Of a DNA stretch of 64,000 nucleotides, positions 10,007 through 17,935 are shown piece by piece; the stretch's first letter is position 1; the number at the start of each line of letters is the position of its first letter. A program made the translations under genes and the position numbers. The notes below the pieces were generated by a model. The model was not told the DNA's origin and ran no database searches. It saw nothing but the letters and a program-made list of their open reading frames with translations. This DNA is from Verrucomicrobiales bacterium (GTDB taxonomy: Bacteria; Verrucomicrobiota; Verrucomicrobiia; Verrucomicrobiales; V1-33): positions 1,576-65,575 of the forward strand of contig JAGNEJ010000015.1 of NCBI GenBank assembly GCA_018003315.1, read 5' to 3'.

Positions 10007-11119
10007 TCAGGCTTTTTTGTAAAACGGCTTTTTGACAATTTCCGCCGGGTAGCGCCGCCCGCGGATGTCGATTTCCAGCTTCGTCCCCAGTGCGCCTGCC
10101 GCCGCGGGCAGATAGGCCATGCCGATGCCGCATCCCAGGCTCGGGGAAACGCCGCCGCTGCACAGTTCGCCGACCACCTCGCCTCCCGCCAGCACCGGAT
10201 AGTGCGCCCGCAGCGGCGGTCCTTTTTCCGTCTGGCGGATGGCGCACAGTTTCGTCGGCAGCCCGGTCGCCTTTTGAGTCAGCAGCACGTCCTGACCAAT
10301 GAATTCCTTGTTCAGGTCCACAAAAAATCCCAGCCCGGCTTCCAGCGGTGTTTTGTCAGGACTGAGGTCATTGCCGTTGAGCGGGTAGCCCATTTCCAGC
10401 CGCAGCGTGTCCCGCGCGCCCAGGCCGCAGGGTTTTGCGCCGGCTTGCAGCATCGTTTCCAGCCAGCGGCAGCCCGCCGCGGACGGACAGAAAAACTCAA
10501 AGCCATCCTCACCGGTGTATCCGGTGCGGCACACGATGACCGTTCCCTCCTCCGTGGCGAAGGACCCGATGCCGTTGCGCGGAGGCAGCGGGAGCACAGC
10601 TCCGCACAGGCTGGAATACAGCGCTTGCGCACCCGGACCCTGCACCGCCATCCCGGCAAAATCCTCGCTCTGGTTCTCCATCTCCACCCCGTCCGTGAGG
10701 CGATCCGCCATCCATGAGAAATCCTCCGCGATTTTCGAGGCGTTCACCACCAGGAAAAACTCCTCGCTGCTGATCCGGTAAAGAATCAAGTCGTCAATGA
10801 CACCGCCCTGTTCATTCAACAGCAGCGTGTATTGGCCCTGGCCGGGCTCCAACTTCAGCACATCATTGGTCAGCAGCCCGTTGAGCCACCGCCGCGCCTC
10901 CGGTCCGCGGACGACAAACTGCCCCATGTGGGAAATGTCAAAAACGCCCACTTCGCTGCGCACCACCAGATGCTCCTCGGTGATGCCGCCATACTGCACG
11001 GGCATGGAAAATCCCGCGAATGGCACCATCCTGGCGCCCAGGCGCAGATGGGATTCATGGAGCGGCGAACGTTTGAGAGATTCCGTATTCACCCGGCCAC
11101 TGAAACGGATTTTCCCCAC
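10007..11119 (-). CDS. gcvT: aminomethyltransferase (glycine cleavage system T protein)
   Basis: 370 aa. LKRSPLHESHLRLGARMVPFAGFSMPVQY is a typical GcvT N-terminus. The start may be a few codons downstream. Confidence 0.93.
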   Translation of the reverse strand: MGKIRFSGRVNTESLKRSPLHESHLRLGARMVPFAGFSMPVQYGGITEEHLVVRSEVGVFDISHMGQFVVRGPEARRWLNGLLTNDVLKLEPGQGQYTLLLNEQGGVIDDLILYRISSEEFFLVVNASKIAEDFSWMADRLTDGVEMENQSEDFAGMAVQGPGAQALYSSLCGAVLPLPPRNGIGSFATEEGTVIVCRTGYTGEDGFEFFCPSAAGCRWLETMLQAGAKPCGLGARDTLRLEMGYPLNGNDLSPDKTPLEAGLGFFVDLNKEFIGQDVLLTQKATGLPTKLCAIRQTEKGPPLRAHYPVLAGGEVVGELCSGGVSPSLGCGIGMAYLPAAAGALGTKLEIDIRGRRYPAEIVKKPFYKKA

Positions 11120-11228
11120 CGCGAAAGTGTAATTTCATCCGGCGGACAAATTTCGGCGGTGTATCATCGTAGCCGCTCCTGCCAAACGCAGTGACACCGT
11201 TTCCCAAATTTTTTTACCATCCACTGCC

Positions 11229-11702
11229 ATGATTTCACGAATCGCCTGTACCGCCATCCTCGCCGCTTTCGCCATGGGAACCTCCCCCGCCCAGGAGGGC
11301 AAAAAGGATCCGGCTGCGGACATCAAAGCCCAGCTCAAGGACCCTTCCAAACCGTTCACCGTCCTGGTGGAATTCCATGTCAAACCGGGCACCGAAAAGG
11401 AGTTTCGCAAAGCCGTGCAGAACTCGGTCAGGAACACCCGCAAGGAGCCTGGCAACGCTGCTTATTCCTGCCATCAGGACGTGAAGGACCCGACCCGGTT
11501 CGTCTTCTTTGAAATCTGGCGCAGCATTCCCGCCCTGGAGGAACACCTGGGCAAGGACTACGTCAAGACACTGCTGGGCAAGGCCGAGGAACTCTCCGCG
11601 GAGCCGCCCACCATCCGGGTTCTCACTCCGTGGGTGCCTGGTCCGCCCAAGGAAAAACCCGCCGCTCCCGCACCCGCCGCGGAGAAGACAGAGGGAAAGT
11701 AG
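11229..11702 (+). CDS. antibiotic-biosynthesis-monooxygenase (ABM) domain protein with signal peptide
   Basis: The core (FTVLVEFHVKPG...TRFVFFEIWRSIPALEEHL) fits the ABM/ferredoxin-like fold signature. N-terminus is hydrophobic (MISRIACTAILAAFAMGTSPAQE) and the tail is Pro/Ala/Lys-rich. Confidence 0.65.
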   Translation: MISRIACTAILAAFAMGTSPAQEGKKDPAADIKAQLKDPSKPFTVLVEFHVKPGTEKEFRKAVQNSVRNTRKEPGNAAYSCHQDVKDPTRFVFFEIWRSIPALEEHLGKDYVKTLLGKAEELSAEPPTIRVLTPWVPGPPKEKPAAPAPAAEKTEGK

Positions 11703-11738
11703 CGTCCGGCACCGTTGGCTTTGCTGGACGGCGGCGGA

Positions 11739-12221
11739 TCAACACTCCTCGAAGCAGTTCCGCTCCCGGTTTTTGCGGGCCTCTTCAGGGTTGAATACCC
11801 GCCCGTTCATTACCACATAGACTCCCGGCGGCAGCACCTGCACCGCACCGACTGCCGTGCCGATGTTGAACACCGCATCCGTGCTCCGGAACCGCGCCGG
11901 CTGCATGGAACCGGTCAGGACGATCGTCTTCCCCTCAATCCCCCGCAGTTCCAGGGCGGTCGCAACCATCGTGTCCGTGCCATGCGTCAGCAATATGCGC
12001 TCGCATTCGCTCGCCTCCACCCGCTGGCGGATCAGCCGCCGGTCCTCTGCGGTCAGTTCCAGGCTGTCCTTGCGCAGCACGCTTTCGATCGTGAAGGCAA
12101 ACCGGATGTTCGCCTCCCGGAAAATTTCCTGCACCTGCGGCTCGCCCACTTCATATTCGCTCGTCGCGTCGAAGTAAACCTTGTCGATGGTTCCGCCTGT
12201 GGTGATGACATGAAGTTTCAT
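11739..12221 (-). CDS. asparaginase-domain protein (short, single-domain type)
   Basis: ORF 11739..12341 trimmed to MKLHVITTGGTIDK (TGGTID threonine motif). A second motif is LTHGTDTM. About 160 aa. Confidence 0.7.
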   Translation of the reverse strand: MKLHVITTGGTIDKVYFDATSEYEVGEPQVQEIFREANIRFAFTIESVLRKDSLELTAEDRRLIRQRVEASECERILLTHGTDTMVATALELRGIEGKTIVLTGSMQPARFRSTDAVFNIGTAVGAVQVLPPGVYVVMNGRVFNPEEARKNRERNCFEEC

Positions 12222-12384
12222 GGGTAAGGCCACTCTGCCCCCCGATTCCTCCGGCGTCATGCATTTCCGGTGCGGATGTCGCGAACGCCGGTGCGCTGCG
12301 CCGACCGGAGGAATGCACAGACCATTGGGGAGGCTTCGCATCGGTCAGGACGGAACGAGGTGTTTGGTGAAATCCTCCACCCGC

Positions 12385-12731
12385 TCACTGCCGGCTTGCT
12401 CCAATCACCCGCCACCACTGGCGTTTGAGCATCGTCATCACATGGTCTGCGCCCTTGGCTCCCAGCGCTCCGACACCGTACATCATCGACCCTTCCCGAA
12501 TTCGTGTGGGAATTTTCACGGCAACGAGAGGTCGGGTTTTCCGGAGAGGAAGAGAATGCGAACGCGGTCGTGCGCGAAGTTGCGGAACCTCTGGCGGCGG
12601 GGATCGGCCCACGTTGTCGCCGCACACTCCCCACGCAGCCGCGCCTTGCGGGCCGCATGGTCCATCTCCAAAGAAGTAACCCGCCAAGGTTCCACCAGGC
12701 CCAGCATCTGTTCGAGGCCTTTCGCCGTCAT
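12385..12731 (-). pseudogene. frame-disrupted transposase-like remnant (possibly ISL3-like N-terminus)
   Basis: The translation LGLVEPWRVTSLEMDHAARKARL... weakly recalls ISL3-type transposase N-termini. The reading frame breaks after about 70 codons and continues only in other frames. The surrounding 12.2-13.0 kb has no intact ORF. Confidence 0.25.
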
Positions 12732-12985
12732 CCTCCCATCGCCTCAAAAAAGCCCGATTCGCAGACTTTTCCCACACGAACCCGGGATGAGCTAAGAATA
12801 TCGACCCCTTCGTTTTTCGGGTATTTCTACTCATCCGAAAAATCAATCACCTCGCACACATTTCTCCTTTCTTGTTGGAACACAAGAACTTGGAACCCTA
12901 CGAAACCTCCCTCCTTGACTGACTGAACCCAAAATGTTTCCTTCATGGCTGAACCAATACACTGTTCTCCCCAAGACTAATCGGC

Positions 12986-13378
12986 ATGTCAGCGAGCAAC
13001 CATAACTACGTCTGCTTTGCGTGCAGGACGGCGATTCGCCGCCCAAAGACTGCACCGAACGCACCCAAGTGCCGGGAATGTGGAGAGGAGTGCTTCTGTC
13101 TTGGTTACAAAGTCGAAATTCCGAAGCATGATGACATCAAGGCATGGCGGGAGCTGCGAGCGGAGTGCCGTCGGCGCGAACTCGCAAGCGACGAGGCGCT
13201 CGCTTTGCGGAGAGTCCGGAGGCAACACTTTGTCGAACACGAGATTCTCCGTCTCCGTGAGATGCCCGGCAATCGCGACAGAACCCGCCAAATCAGAAAG
13301 CTCGAGGAAGAACTTCAGAAGATCACCCATCAAAATGCGGGAGAACCAGGCGCGGGACTCAAGCGCGTCCCGCGCTGA
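12986..13378 (+). CDS. hypothetical zinc-ribbon protein
   Basis: 130 aa. CxxC...CxxC arrangement (CFACRTAIRRPKTAPNAPKCRECGEEC) followed by an Arg/Glu-rich helical tail. The region is visibly AT-richer than its surroundings. Confidence 0.5.
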   Translation: MSASNHNYVCFACRTAIRRPKTAPNAPKCRECGEECFCLGYKVEIPKHDDIKAWRELRAECRRRELASDEALALRRVRRQHFVEHEILRLREMPGNRDRTRQIRKLEEELQKITHQNAGEPGAGLKRVPR

Positions 13379-13448
13379 GTCCGCTCAAACGTTCAAGGAA
13401 TCCGTCCTTGCATCGACGCCAAACTCGTGCTACGATCTGTGTATCGAT

Positions 13449-13661
13449 ATGGCCACAGTCACCGTTTCCCCGAAATTTCAAATCGTCATCCCGAAGGATA
13501 TCCGAAATGGACTCTCTTTGGAGCCTGGCGATAAGGTTGAGATTGTTCAGCTTGAGGGTCGGATTGAGTTGGTTCCCATCCGATCTATCTCTCATCTGGA
13601 AGGATTCCTGAAGAATGTTCGCAATACATTCAAGCGTGAGGAAGACCGATGCCTACCGTAG
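13449..13661 (+). CDS. vapB: AbrB/SpoVT-type antitoxin (VapB-like)
   Basis: MATVTVSPKFQIVIPKDIRNGLSLEPGDKVEIV is a classic SpoVT/AbrB swapped-hairpin motif. It overlaps the downstream PIN gene by 13 nt. Confidence 0.8.
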   Translation: MATVTVSPKFQIVIPKDIRNGLSLEPGDKVEIVQLEGRIELVPIRSISHLEGFLKNVRNTFKREEDRCLP

Positions 13662-14050
13662 TTGACTCCTCTGGATGGATCGAGTTTTTCACCGGTGGCC
13701 CGAACAGCTCGCATTTCTCAACAGCCATACAAGACACCGGAGAGTTGATCGTCCCTTCCATCTCCATTACAGAAGTTTATCGATGGGTTTTGAGAGAAGT
13801 ATCGTTGTCGCACGCTTTAACAGCTGCGGCGGCCATGAAGCAGGGCTGCGTCATTTCGCTTGATGAGAGACTTGCCGTAATTGCAGCCGAAATCAGTCAT
13901 CGTTACAAACTTCCACTAGCTGACGGCATCATCTATGCGACAGCCCGCGATGCAGCGGCAGATTTGCTCACCCAGGACTCAGATTTCGATGGACTGCCAG
14001 GAGTCACATACGTCAAACACCCAAACCGTAAGAGCGAACCCAAAAGATAG
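13649..14050 (+). CDS. vapC: type II toxin VapC (PIN-domain ribonuclease)
   Basis: 133 aa. The N-terminal VVDSSGWIEF carries the first PIN acidic residue, and a C-terminal LLTQDSDF motif is present. Paired with the upstream antitoxin. Confidence 0.85.
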   Translation: MPTVVDSSGWIEFFTGGPNSSHFSTAIQDTGELIVPSISITEVYRWVLREVSLSHALTAAAAMKQGCVISLDERLAVIAAEISHRYKLPLADGIIYATARDAAADLLTQDSDFDGLPGVTYVKHPNRKSEPKR

Positions 14051-14117
14051 GTTCGGGCGATAGCCCCGAGCCGATCCTGTCGATGAACGAGCCCGTCGTC
14101 TCAGAGCGGGGCGGGTG

Positions 14118-14345
14118 TCACGCGGGTTGCGTCTTGTTTTTGCGCCTGAGGATCAGGCGTTTGCGGGGAGATTGGCATGTGAGGTGGATGAGCAAATCGG
14201 GCACGCGCTGCGGCGGGAGCGCGGGAATGTCCTCGCCGGGAAAGCGCGCGATGAATTGGCGAACCCAACCGTAGTAAGCCTGGCGACTGCGCCCGGCCAA
14301 GCCTTTGCGTTGGACGAAGCGGGTGAAGTCCTGATACCCATCAGC
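14118..14345 (-). pseudogene. truncated tyrosine recombinase (N-terminal SAM-like domain fragment only)
   Basis: Translation ADGYQDFTRFVQRKGLAGRSRQAYYGWVRQFIARFPGEDIPALPPQRVPDLLIHL, then a stop. Its architecture parallels the N-terminus of the intact recombinase at 36318 ([11 protein letters not shown]...[16 protein letters not shown]...RLRDYLLHV). No catalytic domain follows. Confidence 0.45.
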
Positions 14346-14487
14346 CGACGTGAGTGTGTCTGTTTATTTTCATGGCGAGAGGAACCTGACCGCTCGCTTA
14401 CCCCTTTTCAACGCCGCCGCGAGGTGTCGCCGCGCAGCGGCTCTGTTCAACCAGGCAATGGGCGGTGCTTGGACGGATCCTGGCCGG

Positions 14488-15387
14488 TTAAAACTCGATG
14501 CCGCCTTTGGGCTTTTCCGCAGGTGGTTCTGGTTTCGGGTCCGCTTTGGGAGCCGGAGCTTCCGCCGGGGGTTTCGCTACTGGAGGAGGGGTGGCGGCTT
14601 CGGGGATCAGATCGACGCGCTGCAGGGCAAACAGGGCCTGGGATCCCTCCGCCAGTGAGGTGCAGCGAATGACAAATTCGAGCGGGCATTTTTGCACTTC
14701 CAGCACGGCGACTTCGCTGGAATCCGGTGCTTCCCAGCTGTCATGCTTGGGCTTGATGGTGAAGGGAACCGGTGATCCCGCGACCAGGATTTCGCCGGTG
14801 CCGCCAGCCTGTGCGGTGGCGGCGGCATAATTCAGGCGCACCCGGTAATTCCCCGCAGCGACATCTTGCAGGGTCCAACTGAGGCTGGCGCCGGGCTTCC
14901 AAAATTCACGCGTCAGCGGTCCTGGAGGGTTGGCGATGGCCTCCTGCGGACGCAGCGTGACTGCGCCGTTTTTTCCCGGGTTTTTGGTTTCCACTGGCGT
15001 CTCTGATTTGCCGGTGGGGTCCTGCGCCGTGCCAAAAATGGCATCGAGATCCTCCTCTTCCTGCACGGCTGATTTTGCGGGGCCAGCGGGGACTTCTGGG
15101 GTTCCCTCCTTGGAAGTTTTTGGTGCTTCCATGGCATCCAGTTTACCCATGACCGAGCGGAATTCCTGCTTTGCCTTCTCCAGCCCGGCGGAATCCGCCT
15201 TTTTTTCAAGCTGGGCCATGAGCGCCCGCAACTGGTCCGCATAGACGGCCAGGGCGCTGCGGCGGGCGTCGTCCCGCTGCTGGCGGAAGGCGGCGGTCAG
15301 ACGGTCCAAGTCCGCGTCCGCAGCCTGCTGGGCGGCGGCAGGCAGTCCGGTGAGGAGCACGATGAAGAGCAGTCTGAAGCAATGCAT
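14488..15387 (-). CDS. secreted hypothetical protein, paralogue A (coiled-coil segment plus one C-terminal beta-sandwich-like module)
   Basis: ORF 14488..15501 trimmed to MHCFRLLFIVLLTGLPAAAQQ (signal peptide). Module motifs are AAGNYRVRLNYAAATAQAGGTGEI and LQRVDLIP. The tail is Pro/Lys-rich. Confidence 0.7.
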   Translation of the reverse strand: MHCFRLLFIVLLTGLPAAAQQAADADLDRLTAAFRQQRDDARRSALAVYADQLRALMAQLEKKADSAGLEKAKQEFRSVMGKLDAMEAPKTSKEGTPEVPAGPAKSAVQEEEDLDAIFGTAQDPTGKSETPVETKNPGKNGAVTLRPQEAIANPPGPLTREFWKPGASLSWTLQDVAAGNYRVRLNYAAATAQAGGTGEILVAGSPVPFTIKPKHDSWEAPDSSEVAVLEVQKCPLEFVIRCTSLAEGSQALFALQRVDLIPEAATPPPVAKPPAEAPAPKADPKPEPPAEKPKGGIEF

Positions 15388-15394
15388 GGCGGGG

Positions 15395-16897
15395 TCAGGA
15401 TTCGGCAGGGATGAGTTCGATGCTGCGCAGTTCGCAGAGGGAGCCATCCTTGAACATGAGGGATTCGACGAGGAAATCGAGATAGGCGGTGCCGGCGGCA
15501 ATGGCGATGCTCCCGGCCTGAATGTCGGCGGCGGTGTAATGGGCGGGAGTCTCCACTTTTCCTTTGAGGATCGCCGAGCCGCAGGTGATGCGAAAGGTTC
15601 CCCCCATTAACTGGGAGGTGTTGCAGTGGATGACTACCTGGTATTTGCCGGGCAGGATCTTCCCCAGCTTGAAGGAGACGCGGGCGGAGCCTGCCGGCCG
15701 CAGGCGCTGCAGTATTTCCCCGGTGTTGCTGGGGCGGATTTCACCGGTGTAGGTCAGTGCGATTTTATCGGCGACGCGCAGAAGGATTTTTTCTGGTTTG
15801 CGCAGGTCATTCGGGGAGGCGAGCACCGTCAGGAGCCGGGTTTGCTCCTCCTTGACGGCGGCCAATCCGGAGGCATTTCCGGAACCGGTGAATGCCGTTT
15901 CGAATTCCTTGAGCTTCGCAAGCCATGCCTTGCGGGTGGGTTCCAGTCTCTTTCCCAGTGCTTCGTGGTATTTCACCTGCAGGTCGGCAAATTCCTTCGG
16001 CATACCATTGGCCGCGGCGGTTTCCGGAATCAGTTCGATGCTTTTCAGATTCATCAGCCCGCCGTTGGCGGCCCGCACGGCTTTGACGATGAATGCGGCC
16101 CTGGACGATGTCACCTCCAGGGCTCCCAGCAGCAGGGGGGAATACTTGCTGTGCATTTCCGTCGGCGCCACCACACCGGAAAGCGGCTGGGTTTCCTCCA
16201 GATCAGTGTCTTCCACAAACGAGACCCGACCGCCCCACAGAAGCGGCTCGTATGGAACATCCGCGGAACCGGAAGCGGGTTGCGGACGCCGCATCGGGGT
16301 GACTCCCGTGCCGGTGCTGTAGTGGAGCCGCACCCGGTAGCGGCCGGGTTTGATGGAAACATTGTCCCAGCGCACATAAGAATCCGCCTTCAAAAACGTC
16401 AGTACGCCGTCCTTTTCCACGATGCCAAAGCCCTTGGTGTAGCTGTAGGAACGCCCTGCCTCAAGCACCACCGGCTTGACCTTGGCGTCCACACTCAATG
16501 CCAGGAGCACCGGATAGGCTTTTTCCAGTTCCTGCAGCCGGGTCACCACCCGGGCAGCGCCTTCGTAGTTGCCCTTTTCCACCCGCGCTTTTTCCAGGGT
16601 GCGCAGGGCATCCCACTCCTGCCGGGCCAGAGACTCCTCGATGGTTTTCAATTCCGTTTCCTGCTGCACCCGGAGGTTGTCCACCGGACTGGGGGTTTGC
16701 GGTGCGGCAGCGGGCGGTGCTGGAGACGCGCTGGGAGCCGTGGTGGGAGCCGGCGCACTGGGGCGGGGGGACGTGGTGGCAGGCGGTGGTTTGGGGGCTG
16801 TTGCGTCGCTGGGATCCCGCTGCACTTCCACTTGGGCAGGGCTGTTTCCGGCAACGACCAGCACGGCTGCCAGCCGCAGGAAAATGGTTGGGTTCAT
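15395..16897 (-). CDS. secreted hypothetical protein, paralogue B (two copies of the module)
   Basis: Signal peptide MNPTIFLRLAAVLVVAGNSPAQ. Two modules with motifs KPGRYRVRLHYSTGTG...LKSIELIP and LPGKYQVVIHCNTSQLMGGTFRI...LRSIELIP. Starts 13 nt after paralogue C ends. Confidence 0.75.
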   Translation of the reverse strand: MNPTIFLRLAAVLVVAGNSPAQVEVQRDPSDATAPKPPPATTSPRPSAPAPTTAPSASPAPPAAAPQTPSPVDNLRVQQETELKTIEESLARQEWDALRTLEKARVEKGNYEGAARVVTRLQELEKAYPVLLALSVDAKVKPVVLEAGRSYSYTKGFGIVEKDGVLTFLKADSYVRWDNVSIKPGRYRVRLHYSTGTGVTPMRRPQPASGSADVPYEPLLWGGRVSFVEDTDLEETQPLSGVVAPTEMHSKYSPLLLGALEVTSSRAAFIVKAVRAANGGLMNLKSIELIPETAAANGMPKEFADLQVKYHEALGKRLEPTRKAWLAKLKEFETAFTGSGNASGLAAVKEEQTRLLTVLASPNDLRKPEKILLRVADKIALTYTGEIRPSNTGEILQRLRPAGSARVSFKLGKILPGKYQVVIHCNTSQLMGGTFRITCGSAILKGKVETPAHYTAADIQAGSIAIAAGTAYLDFLVESLMFKDGSLCELRSIELIPAES

Positions 16898-16910
16898 GGC
16901 GGGGGTGGTT

Positions 16911-17696
16911 TCAGGAGTTGGCGGTGCGGCAGGGAAGCAAGCGAACCGATTTCAAATAAAACAGGCCGCCACCCTTCACCGTGGCGGCGGAAATCAGGAG
17001 CGACTGGCTGCCGGCCCGGATGCGCAGCGTGCCGAAGACCTCGCTGTGAAAACTGTCCCATGAACCGGATTCCCGCGCTTCCCGCCGCAGCAGGTAAAAA
17101 TCCTCCCTGACGAAAAAGGTGCCGCCCGACCCGCTGGCGCAGGCGAAAGTTAGTTCGACCTCATAGCCGCCCGTCTGCAGTCCGGCAGGCAGGTGCCATT
17201 TGGCCCAGGCCTTGTCGGAAGCCCAGCCCGTGAGGGCTTCCTTTTCCTTGTCCCAGTTCACCCCTCCTCCGGTTTCCGCTGCTTTGCCGTCCATGTTCAC
17301 CGTTCCGTCTTCGGCCAGCAGCGCCCGGCCGGGGTTGTCGTTAGCGGCGGGGGGAAGGTCCGGTGCCAGGCCCAGATCCCGGGCCGATTTTTCGCGTTCC
17401 GCCTTTACCAAGGCTGCGGCGCTGTAATTCCGTTCCGCCACGTATTGCTTTTCCAGAGCCGCCAGTTGTTTCTGGTAATGCTCCTGCAGTTGCCGGGCAT
17501 GCTCCTGGTTTTTTTCCAGATAGAGTTGCCGCAATTCCTTGAATTTTGCGAGTTCCTGGACGGCGGTGGCACTGGGTTGTGCGTCGGCTGGCGGGGATGC
17601 CGGGGCGGGATTTTCCCCCTGCCCGAGCGCCATGCTCCCCGCGAGGAGGGTGCAGACGGGCAAGACCAAACGGATCACAACGGGCTTGGGGAGCAT
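16911..17696 (-). CDS. secreted hypothetical protein, paralogue C (coiled-coil segment plus one module)
   Basis: ORF 16911..18209 trimmed to MLPKPVVIRLVLPVCTLLAGSMALGQ. Module motifs are QTGGYEVELTFACASGSGGTFFV and LKSVRLLP. Confidence 0.7.
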   Translation of the reverse strand: MLPKPVVIRLVLPVCTLLAGSMALGQGENPAPASPPADAQPSATAVQELAKFKELRQLYLEKNQEHARQLQEHYQKQLAALEKQYVAERNYSAAALVKAEREKSARDLGLAPDLPPAANDNPGRALLAEDGTVNMDGKAAETGGGVNWDKEKEALTGWASDKAWAKWHLPAGLQTGGYEVELTFACASGSGGTFFVREDFYLLRREARESGSWDSFHSEVFGTLRIRAGSQSLLISAATVKGGGLFYLKSVRLLPCRTANS

Positions 17697-17935
17697 TGCG
17701 GAAAGTTTACGGTCTCCAGCGGCGGATTCAATGGGGGATATCGCCAAATCCGCGGTGGGATGGCTGGAAAACGCATCGGGTGCGCCCCGGCGAAGGCTTC
17801 GAGCGGTGGAAAGCGGACCGACGCCAGTTTGCCTGGAATTTACAAAGATGCGGAATGACACGGCATGGAATCGGTGGCATGGTCGAATCCCGTTTGCACC
17901 AAACAGGTTGGAATCGTTCCGTTGTCCACGCCACC

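Noticed and set aside
11120-11228. Possible glycine riboswitch upstream of gcvT
   Set aside because: Glycine riboswitches commonly precede gcvT, so I read the 109-nt leader on the minus strand. I could not find the conserved GGAGAG...CACCGAAGGGGCAA...CUCAGGCAAAAGGAC core. The region is also short and shared with a divergent gene. Only a cmscan could exclude a degenerate aptamer.
13449-14345. Integron-like arrangement (recombinase stump next to small cassette-like genes including a TA pair)
   Set aside because: The recombinase fragment is co-linear with, rather than divergent from, the putative cassettes. I saw no attC-like imperfect palindromes between the ORFs, and the fragment resembles the IS91-associated recombinase rather than IntI.
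15626-17110. 494-aa plus-strand ORF and similar large ORFs (20989..22425 minus, 22963..23784 minus, 27584..28946 minus)
   Set aside because: They are shadow ORFs opposite genes that have signal peptides, internal repeats or recognisable motifs. None shows a motif of its own.
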